A DNA stretch of 60,021 bases, filler included. It is 9 parts of 9 records of this genome, joined end to end, with 100 filler letters (N's around TTAATTAATTAA, not from the genome) between each part and the next. Parts side by side here need not be neighbours in the genome. Positions count along the whole stretch, not along the records: positions 15,730 to 22,608 come from SRR31147125_40997; positions 22,709 to 28,018 come from SRR31147125_41012; positions 28,119 to 33,976 come from SRR31147125_41032; 6 more parts are not named here. The stretch is one strand, 5' to 3'. The first letter of the stretch is position 1; each line of letters begins with the position of its first letter. The notes under the pieces are model-generated. The model worked only from the letters and a program-made list of their open reading frames with translations. It ran no database searches and was not told where the DNA came from. The position numbers were made by a program, and so were the translations under genes. Shown here one piece after another: positions 19,976 to 30,209 of this stretch.

Positions 19976-22608
19976 TTATTTTTCAGGTGTATTTTGAAAC
20001 TTATATCGAAGACCTATATCTACCGTTCTACCATAATATTCTAATGAAGAAAGTTTCTTTAATTCACTGGTATATGATCGGTCGGGGGTATTCGTGATAT
20101 TGTTGACATTTAGATACAACTGGAGTCTTTCATTAAGCCATGGCAGTTTCTGTTGCGCCGTGAAATCCCAACGTTTATAGGCAGCAGTATAAGAATCCCG
20201 TTCCTTGTACGTTCTGTTTACACCAACCAAAACATTGTCTGTGAACACATAGGATAAGTATGCTGAAAAACCACCAATTTCATAGCCTATAGATAAATTG
20301 AATATATCATCAGGCTGATCTATCATTCTGCCAATTCGTAAAGAATCGACAAAAACTGTCTTCGCAAATGGCCCTGTTCCCTCTTTAATTGAAGTTTGGA
20401 ATGGATAACCGGTTTCTGATACAAGATGAGTATAGTTAACATTTAAGACAATGCCTTTTAGGAATGACGGTAAATACCAGGTATTAGTTTGCCAGTCGAG
20501 TTCAAATCCCTTCACAATAGATGCCTCTTCCAAATTGATCCAGGTGTTAACAGAAGTTTGTTGTGTTTGTGTTAGCTCGAACCTGTTATTAATTTTATCC
20601 GAATCTTTGGTGTCAAAACTCGTTGAAACTATTAAATTATCAATCTCCTTATAGAATAAACCGAGAGTAAACAACCCTAGTTTATGTTGAAAAGCAGAAG
20701 CGTAAAAATCAAAGTTTTGTGCCAATGCAGGATGTAGGGTTGGATTTCCTAAAGCCAAAGAAGTACTGCCCAGATCATAATAAATAAAAGGTGAAACAGC
20801 CCGGTAATCAGGATAAATTATACTTTTGGTACTGGCCATACGGATATCTAACCAGTCTGTAGGTTTAACACGGACATGCATCTGTGGAAACCAGTTTTCG
20901 CCTTTATTGGAATCGTCGTGCAAGGCTTCACTGTTAAAATCTTGCTCGTACTGACCGTATTTTTCGGTAAAAAATGCATTGTAATCGAAACTATAATTTT
21001 CGTAGCGTATACCCGGGAAAAGCGTAACATATTTGCCAATATTCACTTCTGCCGAAGCATAAAATGCAGCAAGGTTTCTTTTGTAATCATAATCGTACTG
21101 AACAGATTCTTTCAGATCAAGGAGATAGTAACCATTATCCTTGGCCAATTCTGTATAATGATGCATCTTGGAAATATCACCCTTGAAATAGAAATCATCA
21201 ATTCCCGCGTCACCATCCAGGTAATCACCAAGATCATAATCCGAATCCTCAAACAAAAAGCTCTGATTCCATTCCCCTCATCGATATTTTCCAGTCCCAA
21301 ATCAGTCCATAGAGAATCTCTCACCAATCCAACAAATTCCTGCCCGACAGCATTCCTGTCCGGTTTAGTATAATGTTGTGTTTCATCATTATCCCTGGAG
21401 TTGCGGACATATTTACCGCCAAACTTGATTTTACCGGAAATGATTTTTGAAATGGTAAAGGGAACATTAAAATTAAGTACTGCTTCCTGGGCTTGTTCCG
21501 TAACATCCCGATCCAAAGTCTGAAATCTTTGTACCCGCTTATCACTTTCTCCATTTATAACTTCAGCGGCCATTAAAAGCTCGCTTGGTGTTGCCTGGGT
21601 AGGGTCTTCTAAAGTTGGGGTTGAAAAACCTGTCCCGTCCTGTGCCATATACAAATTCATTGACAGCGCACTGGACGATTGGTTTGAGACTGAATTCGAC
21701 ACAGAGAAATCCATGCTAAAAGAAGAAAAATCGAACTCACCCTGAAGAGCATTACTTATTACCGTATTTTTTGAATCACTATCGCTTGTATTGCCCCTCC
21801 ATTGGTTTCCTGAGAGTGACAGGGAATTATTTTGTATTACCTGCTCCTGGTTGAGCTCACTGATGAAATTATTCATAATAAGGGAACCATTCTTAAATTG
21901 GTAGTCTAAAACCAAGGATCCACCCAATCTTTCCCTGTCTGTTACCCTATCTGTTATGCTCACACTTCCTAGGTCTATCGGAATAAAACCATCTATTAAA
22001 TCGGCTTCTTCATTTAATGCATATCCGGCACTTAATACATCTGAATTTCTATTGAAATGATCCATATAACCGGAAACCTGCACACCAAGCTTATTACTGA
22101 AAAAACGATTGCTAAGAAATCCGTTTGCCCTATAGTTGCCATAAGTGTTTGCCATCGATCCATATCCATTTTGCACAGAAAAATTACCCCGGAATCCTTC
22201 AGCTGCTTTTCCCGTTTTAAGGTTTACCGTACCTCCAACTGCATCAGCATCCATATCCGCGGTCAACGCTTTGGTAACTTCTATACCGCTAAGTATGTTT
22301 GGTGCTATCATATTCAAATCAACACTGCGATCATTACGGTCTGTGGACTGCATACGCACACCATTAACCATCATCACATTATATTTTGGTGACAGTCCGC
22401 GTACTGCAACCTTTTGTCCCTCGCCCCCACTTCTTATTAGTGATAAGCCAGGCAATCTAGATACAGATTCTGCGGCATTAACAGATGGGACTTCCCTTAT
22501 TCGATCTGATGATACAACATTTTTTATCGTACTGGAATTTAGCTGCTCGTTGATGGCCGCCATTTGTCCTGAAGCCTGGGCTGTTATTACAGCCTCATCA
22601 ACCTGAAT
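19976..22608 (-). CDS. TonB-dependent receptor (5' truncated, frameshift near 21255)
   Basis: Plug motif (NAAESVSRLPG...VAVRG...MVNGV...IEVTKALTADMDADAVGGTVNL) in ORF 21112..22563. Barrel C-terminus (LNVNNITN...YYGRTVDIGLRYKF) in ORF 19976..21256. Confidence 0.92.
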
Positions 22609-22708
22609 NNNNNNNNNNNNNNNNNNNNNNNNNNNNNNNNNNNNNNNNNNNNTTAATTAATTAANNNNNNNNNNNNNNNNNNNNNNNNNNNNNNNNNNNN
22701 NNNNNNNN
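22609..22708. other. Artificial contig linker
   Basis: Same 100-nt spacer. Confidence 0.99.
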
Positions 22709-22763
22709 TTTAAGATCGACGCTATACTCGAAACTAATTAAAACTTATATACTTGGAGATGAA

Positions 22764-23435
22764 ATGAAAACAATATTAATAATTGAAGATGAAATAGCAA
22801 TGAGAAAAGTTATAAAAGATTATCTACATAAAGATGGCTATAACACTTTGGAAGCAGAGGATGGCGAATCCGGACTAAATATGTTTTTAGAAAATGATGT
22901 TGATTTAATTATTCTGGATATTATGCTGCCAAAACATAATGGTTGGTCTCTATGTAAAAAGATTCGTGAATCATCAGATATTCCTGTTGTTATGCTCACA
23001 GCTAGAAGTGAGGAGAGTGATATAGTTTTCGGACTGGAATTAGGTGCTGACGAATATATCACTAAACCATTTAGTCCAAAAGTATTGATAGCAAAAATCA
23101 ATGCTCTTTTTAGACGTTTAAATTTATTAGATAAAAAGGAATCTGAATTAATCTTTGATGATTTAAGGATTAATACAAGTGCTCACCAGGTTTTTTTAGA
23201 GGAGAGTTTAATCGATTTAACTCCTAAAGAGTTTGACCTCCTATTAGTAATGAGTCAAAATATCGATATAGCTTTAAGTCGAAGTAAATTATTAAATAAA
23301 GTTTGGGGCTACGATTATTTCGGAGATATGAGAACAGTTGATACACATATCAAGAGACTTCGTAAAAAGTTAAAGGGCAAGTATATCAAAACAATTCGAG
23401 GTGTTGGTTATAGATTCGAGGTGGCAGATGATTAA
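22764..23435 (+). CDS. OmpR/PhoB-family response regulator
   Basis: Receiver domain (IIEDE, LDIMLP, MLTA, KPF) and winged helix (RTVDTHIKRLRKKL...TIRGVGY). Confidence 0.95.
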   Translation: MKTILIIEDEIAMRKVIKDYLHKDGYNTLEAEDGESGLNMFLENDVDLIILDIMLPKHNGWSLCKKIRESSDIPVVMLTARSEESDIVFGLELGADEYITKPFSPKVLIAKINALFRRLNLLDKKESELIFDDLRINTSAHQVFLEESLIDLTPKEFDLLLVMSQNIDIALSRSKLLNKVWGYDYFGDMRTVDTHIKRLRKKLKGKYIKTIRGVGYRFEVADD

Positions 23436-24873
23436 AAAGAAATCCCTTACTATCAAACTATTTTATCTAAATGCATTACTTATTTTACTTGTTATTTTAC
23501 TATCTTTTTTGCTAAATAATTTTTATCTAAGTAAGTATCATATATCGAAGAAAAAAACAGAGATTAATAAAATTGCAAACTCACTAAAATCATATTCTGT
23601 TAACAATGAATTTTATGATTTCTCAGATGAATTAGCCAATCGATATAACTTAAACATTATTCTCTATGATCAATTTAAAAATCGTTCCTCTTTTCGAATG
23701 GGTAATATGCGAATGATGAGAGATTTTAATACTAGTATTCTAACAGAACACGAATTAGAAAATATTGAGGCTGGAAAAATAGTAATCAAACTACTAAAAA
23801 ATCCCATGATGAGTATAAATAATCTAATCGCTTTTGTAAAACTAAAGGATGGCAATATTATTGTTATTATTAATTCGGGTTTAGTTATAAACGAATCTAC
23901 AGCAATTGCTAGAGAATTTTATCTAATTATTGCACCTATTACATTACTTATAAGTCTTATTGCCAGTTATTTCTTTACACAAAGAATCACTAGGCCAATT
24001 AACAAATTAAAAATCATTGCCAATAAAATGGCTGATATGGATTTTTCAGAAAGATTTGATTTGGAAACTGGTGATGAGATTGAAGAACTTGGAAAGTCCT
24101 TTAATTATCTCTCTAATCAACTACAAATAAATATATCTAATCTAAACTCTGTTGCTGATAAACTAAAAGAGGAAATTTCGCTAGAAAGAGAGTTAGATGA
24201 AAAAAGAAACGAGTTTATATCAAATGTAAGTCATGAATTAAAAACTCCTATTGCTCTTATAACGGCATATGCAGAAGGGCTCCAAGATAATGTTCCATCA
24301 GAAGAGGATAGGCAATATTACCATGATACCATCCTTAGCGAAGGGCAGAAAATGGATAAACTTGTCAAAGAACTTCTAAACTACATGAAACTAAAAGATA
24401 AAAGAGCGGAAATAGTTTATGAAGATGTAGAGGCAATAAAGCTAATCGATTCAGTATTAGCTAAATTTAGATTAGATTTTTCGGAGAAAAATATCTCAGT
24501 TGATTTCAAGCATGACAAGTTAAATAACTTAATAATTAAGTGCTCAAATCTAAAATTCGAGCAGATTTTAGATAATCTTCTAAGTAATGCTGTTAACCAT
24601 GTTGAATCAAATGGTCGAATTGATATAAGTATTAATAATTCAGATAATAAACGTTATAAGTTTTCCATTTTTAACTCTGGCTCAGGTATAATAGAAAATA
24701 ATATAAATAAAATATGGGATCCATTCTTTAAGGTTGATGAAGCTAGAGATAGAAAATATGGCGGAATTGGGCTTGGCTTAGCTATAGTTAAAGAGATATT
24801 TGATTTATATAATTTTGAATATGGAGTAGTTAATCATACAAATGGGGTTGAATTTTTCTTTATAGTTTCATAA
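23428..24873 (+). CDS. HAMP-domain sensor histidine kinase
   Basis: Two TM segments, HAMP (DEIEELGKSFN), H-box SHELKTP, N-box NLLSNAVNH, G-box GIGLGLAIV. Confidence 0.95.
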   Translation: MIKKKSLTIKLFYLNALLILLVILLSFLLNNFYLSKYHISKKKTEINKIANSLKSYSVNNEFYDFSDELANRYNLNIILYDQFKNRSSFRMGNMRMMRDFNTSILTEHELENIEAGKIVIKLLKNPMMSINNLIAFVKLKDGNIIVIINSGLVINESTAIAREFYLIIAPITLLISLIASYFFTQRITRPINKLKIIANKMADMDFSERFDLETGDEIEELGKSFNYLSNQLQINISNLNSVADKLKEEISLERELDEKRNEFISNVSHELKTPIALITAYAEGLQDNVPSEEDRQYYHDTILSEGQKMDKLVKELLNYMKLKDKRAEIVYEDVEAIKLIDSVLAKFRLDFSEKNISVDFKHDKLNNLIIKCSNLKFEQILDNLLSNAVNHVESNGRIDISINNSDNKRYKFSIFNSGSGIIENNINKIWDPFFKVDEARDRKYGGIGLGLAIVKEIFDLYNFEYGVVNHTNGVEFFFIVS

Positions 24874-24896
24874 CTTTTCATAAATATTACTTCTTT

Positions 24897-24929
24897 TGTC
24901 ACAGAACTGACACTTTCATCATTTATAAT
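24897..24929 (+). promoter_or_regulatory. Candidate OmpR/PhoB-type box plus -10 element for the SHOCT gene
   Basis: TGTCACA-N4-TGACACT (11-bp period), then 9 bp, then TATAAT at 24924-24929. Confidence 0.55.
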
Positions 24930-24967
24930 TAATGTGAAAGAAGTTAAAAACAAAAGGAGGAAGTAAT

Positions 24968-25540
24968 ATGAAAAAAATAATTATCTTATCACTACTTTTA
25001 ACAATTGGACTAACATCATATTCATTCTGGGGATTTGGTCGAAACAATTCCAGAGGTATGATGGGCTATAATAGAGATTATAACTCAAATTACACAGAGG
25101 ATGCAAAGGTAACAGATTATCTAAATACTCTAAAAGAAAAATACTCAATCAAAGAGAACGATGAGCTTGAAACAGGAAAACTATCAGAAACTGAACTTGA
25201 AAAATTAGGTGAACTTTTAATGAGCTCTAGAGCATATGATGAAGAACATCTAAGTTTTATGCAAGATAGAATGGGTGGAGCTAAATCAAATGATTTAAGA
25301 AGCGCATACAGAGCAATGGGATACAACTATCTAAATGGTTATGGTATGATGGGATATGGCGGATATAATCAAAATAAAGGTGGAGGTTTCTTTGGAAGAA
25401 TGGGAGCTTGTTTTGGTAGAGGCCGTGGCGAAAGAGCTTATTACGATGATTCTGCTATAGACATATTGGAACGAAGATTTGCTAATGGTGAAATTACAAA
25501 AGATGAGTTTAATGAAATGAAAAAAGTTTTAGAAAAATAA
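24968..25540 (+). CDS. Exported Gly/Met-rich protein with C-terminal SHOCT domain
   Basis: AGGAGG RBS, signal peptide, GMMGY repeats, and AIDILERRFANGEITKDEFNEMKKVL. Confidence 0.85.
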   Translation: MKKIIILSLLLTIGLTSYSFWGFGRNNSRGMMGYNRDYNSNYTEDAKVTDYLNTLKEKYSIKENDELETGKLSETELEKLGELLMSSRAYDEEHLSFMQDRMGGAKSNDLRSAYRAMGYNYLNGYGMMGYGGYNQNKGGGFFGRMGACFGRGRGERAYYDDSAIDILERRFANGEITKDEFNEMKKVLEK

Positions 25541-25559
25541 TTCTATAATAATTTCAAAG

Positions 25560-25599
25560 GGTTGACCTGTTACTTCACATTTCGGTCAACCTATTTTTT
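25560..25599 (+). terminator. Probable intrinsic terminator
   Basis: GGTTGACC...GGTCAACC stem followed by a T-run just after the SHOCT gene. Confidence 0.55.
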
Positions 25600-25686
25600 A
25601 TTGTTTAGAAATATCACTTTAAACGACCAATTTATGAAAAACATTCGGCTTTCGAACTCTTTATACTTTTTATCAATAAATTTCAT

Positions 25687-25715
25687 TTGACAAATACTTT
25701 TTAGTCTGATATACT
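25687..25715 (+). promoter_or_regulatory. Sigma70-type promoter upstream of feoAB
   Basis: TTGACA-17 bp-TATACT with an extended -10 TG. Confidence 0.7.
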
Positions 25716-25946
25716 TTGATTGTCAAAATTTATGCGAATTGATTTATTCAAATTATATTGTGAATTTATGTGGATTACTTCAATAGAAGAAATTCTAATA
25801 GGTCATAAATTTATTTTCACATTTATTTAGTATATCAAAATATTCGAATCATCGGATTAAATGTGTTGTAATCTTTTTATCACGAAAAAGAAAAACATAT
25901 ATATAATACAAATAAAATTAAAAATATAATATTATGAGGAGGAGTT

Positions 25947-26182
25947 ATGACACTAAACGAATTACAACGTGGCGAAAATGCCAAAATCGTGAAAATCGGA
26001 AATATTGGAGAATTAAAAAAAGATTATCTGCAATGGGAATCACCTCTGGCGAATCTATAGTCTTCCAAAGAAATGCACCACTAGGAGATCCTCAGGAATA
26101 CGTTCTTAGAGATACTGCTATAGCCATTAGAAAAGAAGATGCTTTAAATATAGAGATTGAAAGGGGAAACCAAGATGATTAA
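25947..26182 (+). CDS. feoA: Ferrous iron transport protein A (frameshift at an A7 run near 26015-26021)
   Basis: GAGGAGG RBS, then MTLNELQRGENAKIVKIG...ELKK / RLSAMGITSGE...RNAPLGDP...IAIRKEDA. One extra A restores the frame. Confidence 0.88.
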
Positions 26183-28018
26183 AATCGCATTTGCAGGGAA
26201 CCCAAATGTTGGTAAAACTGCTTTAATAAATGCCATTGCTGGTTCGAAACTACAAACTGGTAACTGGCCTGGTGTAACTGTTGAAAAAGAAGCTCACTTA
26301 CTATACGAAGGTGAAGAGATTAATCTTATTGATTTACCTGGAGTTTATAGTCTAAGTCCATACTCATTGGAAGAGATTATCACAAGAGATTATATCTTAA
26401 ATGAAAAACCAGATGTAATAATAAATGCCGTGGATTCAACGAACTTAGAAAGAAACCTATATATGTCTCTTTTACTTAAAGAATTAGGCAAACCAATGGT
26501 TTTAGCGCTTAATTTTTATGACGAATTTACAAAACTTGATTATAAATTAAGTGAAAATAAATTCTACGAAATGTTTGAAGTAGAAGGCGTTAAAACAAGT
26601 GCCAAAACGGGAGAAGGAATTCAAGAGCTACTTAAAAAAGCTATTAAAGTTGCTAAGGAAAATAAAGAACAGCATCACAAAGAATATAATCTAGGATTTG
26701 ACCATATTATTGAGGGTGAACTGGAAAAAGTTAAAAAAGAGATTGAAGCCAGTGATAAATTTGATGCTATAAAAGAAATCTTCCACAGTGATTATTTAGC
26801 AATTAAGTTCCTTGAAGAGGATAAACACACATTAGATAAAGTTAGAGAACTTTATGATGAGTGTAAACAAACTGCAGTAACTTCTAACAACTATATTGAG
26901 AAGCATTTTGACGAAGATGTTGAAACTATATTAGCTGAAGCTAGATACGGTGTAATAAAAGGTATCTTAGCTAAAACATTTACTACATCTATGAAAAATA
27001 GACTAGATGCAACTAATAAAATTGATAAAGTTTTATTAAATCAATTTTTAGGTCCTATCTCATTTGTTTTCATTATGCTACTTATATTTACTATGACATT
27101 TAACGGTTCTGGTCCTTTAATAGACTTTACTGACCAATTTATCGCTGATTATATTGGTAAATATGTTGCTATGGCTGTGTCTGGTACACCTGCATGGTTA
27201 GAATCTTTTGTTCTTGATGGTCTTCTTGGGGGACTTGGTGGAGTACTTGTTTTCGTTCCACTTATCGTTATGCTTTATTTCTTCTTAGCTATTCTTGAAG
27301 AAAGTGGATACATGTCAAGGGTTGCTTTCCTAATGGATAAAATCATGAGAAAAATTGGATTAAATGGTAAAGCATTTTTACCAATGATTCTAGGGTTTGG
27401 TTGTTCAGTTCCTGCGATATACGCTACTAGAACTTTAGAAGATGAAAAATCTAGAAGACTGACTGCATTAATGACTCCATTTATGTCATGTGGAGCTAGA
27501 TTACCAGTTTATGCTTTATTTACAGCTGCATTTTTCGGTTCTAGAGCTGGTTTAGTCATTGCCGGGCTATATGCTATAGGTATCTTTATTGCAATCACTG
27601 TTGGATTTGTATTCAAAAATGATCCTTACTTCAAAACGGAAGAAAAAGCTTTGTTAATTGAACTTCCTCCGTATAGATTACCTAGTCTAAAGGTTATTAC
27701 ACTATCATCTTTAAGAAAAACAAATGAATATATCAAAAAAGCAGGAACAATCATACTTGCTATGCTTGTTTTAATATGGGCATTAATGTATTTCCCAAAT
27801 GATGGTGATACAGAAACTTCATATGTTGGTAAAATTGGAAAAGCTGTTGCTCCTATATTTAAACCTGCTGGTTTTGGTGACAAATGGCAGACTGTTGCTG
27901 CTATAGCACCTGGTTTAGTTGCAAAAGAAGTTGTAGTTGGATTTATGGGACAAGCTCTTTATATTGAAAGTGAAGAGGAAGAGAACGAAGAAGAAGTAAC
28001 AACATTTGGACAAGATAC
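26175..28018 (+). CDS. feoB: Ferrous iron transport protein B (3' truncated)
   Basis: GNPNVGKT, NWPGVTVE, DLPGVYSL, ILEESGYMSR, GFGCSVPA, FMSCGARLPVY. Confidence 0.97.
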
Positions 28019-28118
28019 NNNNNNNNNNNNNNNNNNNNNNNNNNNNNNNNNNNNNNNNNNNNTTAATTAATTAANNNNNNNNNNNNNNNNNNNNNNNNNN
28101 NNNNNNNNNNNNNNNNNN
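28019..28118. other. Artificial contig linker
   Basis: Same 100-nt spacer. Confidence 0.99.
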
Positions 28119-28119
28119 C

Positions 28120-28148
28120 TGCGATTTACGCAGACTTTCATATAAAAC
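28120..28148. repeat. 29-bp repeat at the contig edge, inverted copy of 39740-39768
   Basis: TGCGATTTACGCAGACTTTCATATAAAAC matches the reverse complement of 39740-39768 at 28/29 positions. Contains a CTGCG-N5-CGCAG hairpin. Confidence 0.85.
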
Positions 28149-28316
28149 AATTAAAAATATGACTGACAATATGACTGACAAATAGAGGGACGTAAAGATG
28201 TTTCCAATAAAATATTTTAGTGATTTACTTAAGTTTGTTGATAATGATTATGGCCAAAGAAATCCTCCATTCTATATTATGGCATCGGAATATCTCAAAA
28301 AAACGTAAGAGAATTT

Positions 28317-28691
28317 GTGAGGTTTATGGGAGATCTAATTAGGGACAAAGACCAACTGGAACCAGCGGAGATGATTTATATCCTGCGGGAGGGTCTGGAC
28401 TATGACCGGTTCATATCTGACGATGATGTCCCGGCGCCAGATGATTCCAGGATAGAAAACATCAACCAACTCACAATAGTTGCAGCAAAATACAAAACGA
28501 TTTCTGAGTTGATAAACTTTACAGAAACTTTCAGGGAAGAGATCAGCAACAACAAAGATGGTGTGGCACTCATGACTGTCCACAAGTCCAAGGGGCTGGA
28601 GTACCCGGTGGTATTCCTGATTGGACTGACGGAAAAGGTGTTTACCGATAATGGTGAACACCTGTCCGTTCAATACATATTTTTTGATTGA
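28317..28691 (+). pseudogene. C-terminal fragment of a UvrD/PcrA-like helicase
   Basis: RIENINQL and VALMTVHKSKGLEYPVVFLIGL (motif V) are present. No Walker A and no motif VI, so it is truncated at both ends. Confidence 0.75.
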
Positions 28692-28938
28692 AAACACCAG
28701 AAATAGAAAAAACGCAGAATTCTGCGCTTTTTAATCAAATTCGAACTTTCAAAGTACTATTAGACTAAAGTTTCATTATATTCAAATTAAAAATATACAT
28801 AATCAATCAAAATATACCATAAAAAGATGTTTTGCTTATATCTAACCATATATGATATTGCATGATATAATATGACTATAAGCCAAAGATGACTTTTGAG
28901 TAATAATACATATAAATTCAATCAATTAAAAGGAATTC

Positions 28939-29544
28939 ATGAATATCCGTCAGTCCACAATTTACTCAGGTGAGATTGTCGCAGGTGCGTTACTTGTGGA
29001 AGAGAGCAGAAAAGTAGCCCGTCTGCTTATGGATGAAGTCGATACCCAAGAGTGGCGTCAGGCTATTGTCATTGACAACATTTTACAGAAGAGAAGCCCC
29101 GAAGCGGCAAGACGACAGGCCCGTTTGATCAAAGCAAGACTATCTCTCATGACAGAAGATCTGTGGAAAATGATTGTGGAAGGATCATCGGAAACAACCT
29201 CTCAAGCCCTACTTGCCGCATCCATCAAACACAGTCGACTTGTGGGTGACTTCATGGATACCGTCCTCCGTCAGCATTGGCTCACCTTTACCAAACAGAT
29301 CACAACCGCTGACTGGAAGGATTACCTTGAACAATGTGCTCAAATTGAACCCCATGTGGAATCATGGAAACCATCGACCCGTTCCAAGCTCAAACAGATC
29401 GTTTTCAGAATGCTGTCAGAAGCAAACTATATTGACAATACCAAAACCTGTAAGTTGACTCCGGTCTCTTTAACCCCTCAAGTCAGAGGATATCTGGTTA
29501 AAAACGATGAATCATACGTATTGAGATGCATGGAAATCTCATAA
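28939..29544 (+). CDS. brxA: BREX protein BrxA (DUF1819)
   Basis: YSGEIVAGALLVEESRKVA...NILQKRSP...RSKLKQIVFRMLSEA. About 200 aa, directly upstream of brxB and brxC. Confidence 0.92.
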   Translation: MNIRQSTIYSGEIVAGALLVEESRKVARLLMDEVDTQEWRQAIVIDNILQKRSPEAARRQARLIKARLSLMTEDLWKMIVEGSSETTSQALLAASIKHSRLVGDFMDTVLRQHWLTFTKQITTADWKDYLEQCAQIEPHVESWKPSTRSKLKQIVFRMLSEANYIDNTKTCKLTPVSLTPQVRGYLVKNDESYVLRCMEIS

Positions 29545-29561
29545 GATGGCAAGGGAGTAAA

Positions 29562-30137
29562 ATGACCCCATTTAAAGACCGTTTGAACAAAATCTTAGAT
29601 CGCTTGACTTCCGATGAGTTGCTGTCCAATTCAGGACTCGGCAATGAAATCGGATTTTATATTTTTGAATATCCAGCAGAAAATGAACTGGAAATGAGAG
29701 AACATATCCAGTTTGTCCTCACCCAGCTCCCCAAGAGGAAACCCGATATCCGTTGCAAGCACATCAACCTGTTTGAATTGATTGTTCAATACCTGAAAAA
29801 CAGAAAGCTGTTGGATCGGGTTTTGGATATTCAACAGAAGAAAGGGGATAAAGCAGTGCTGAAAGCGATCAAAGGCCCCTTGGATGCAAAGAAGATGGCA
29901 AAAGAGTTTGTTGATCTGGCAAAGCCGGAAGAGCAGGATCTTGTCCTTGTATCAGGCGTTGGCAGTGCTTACCCCATGCTGAGAAGTCATAACTTGCTCA
30001 ACAATCTCCATCATCTAATGGGGGACACCCCTCTTGTGATGTTCTACCCCGGTATATTTACCGGACAGGGGCTCAGTCTTTTCGGTCAACTGAAAGAATC
30101 AAACTACTACAGGGCCTTTCAATTGGTTCCACAATGA
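29562..30137 (+). CDS. brxB: BREX protein BrxB (DUF1788)
   Basis: GLGNEIGFYIFEY, SGVGSAYPMLRSHNLLNNLH, PLVMFYPG, NYYRAFQLV. Confidence 0.95.
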   Translation: MTPFKDRLNKILDRLTSDELLSNSGLGNEIGFYIFEYPAENELEMREHIQFVLTQLPKRKPDIRCKHINLFELIVQYLKNRKLLDRVLDIQQKKGDKAVLKAIKGPLDAKKMAKEFVDLAKPEEQDLVLVSGVGSAYPMLRSHNLLNNLHHLMGDTPLVMFYPGIFTGQGLSLFGQLKESNYYRAFQLVPQ

Positions 30138-30209
30138 TGGTTTACTTGATGATTTTCTAAACAATAACGTCATACGGATGGAATACGGTATCATTATCTC
30201 GAAGGAAAC

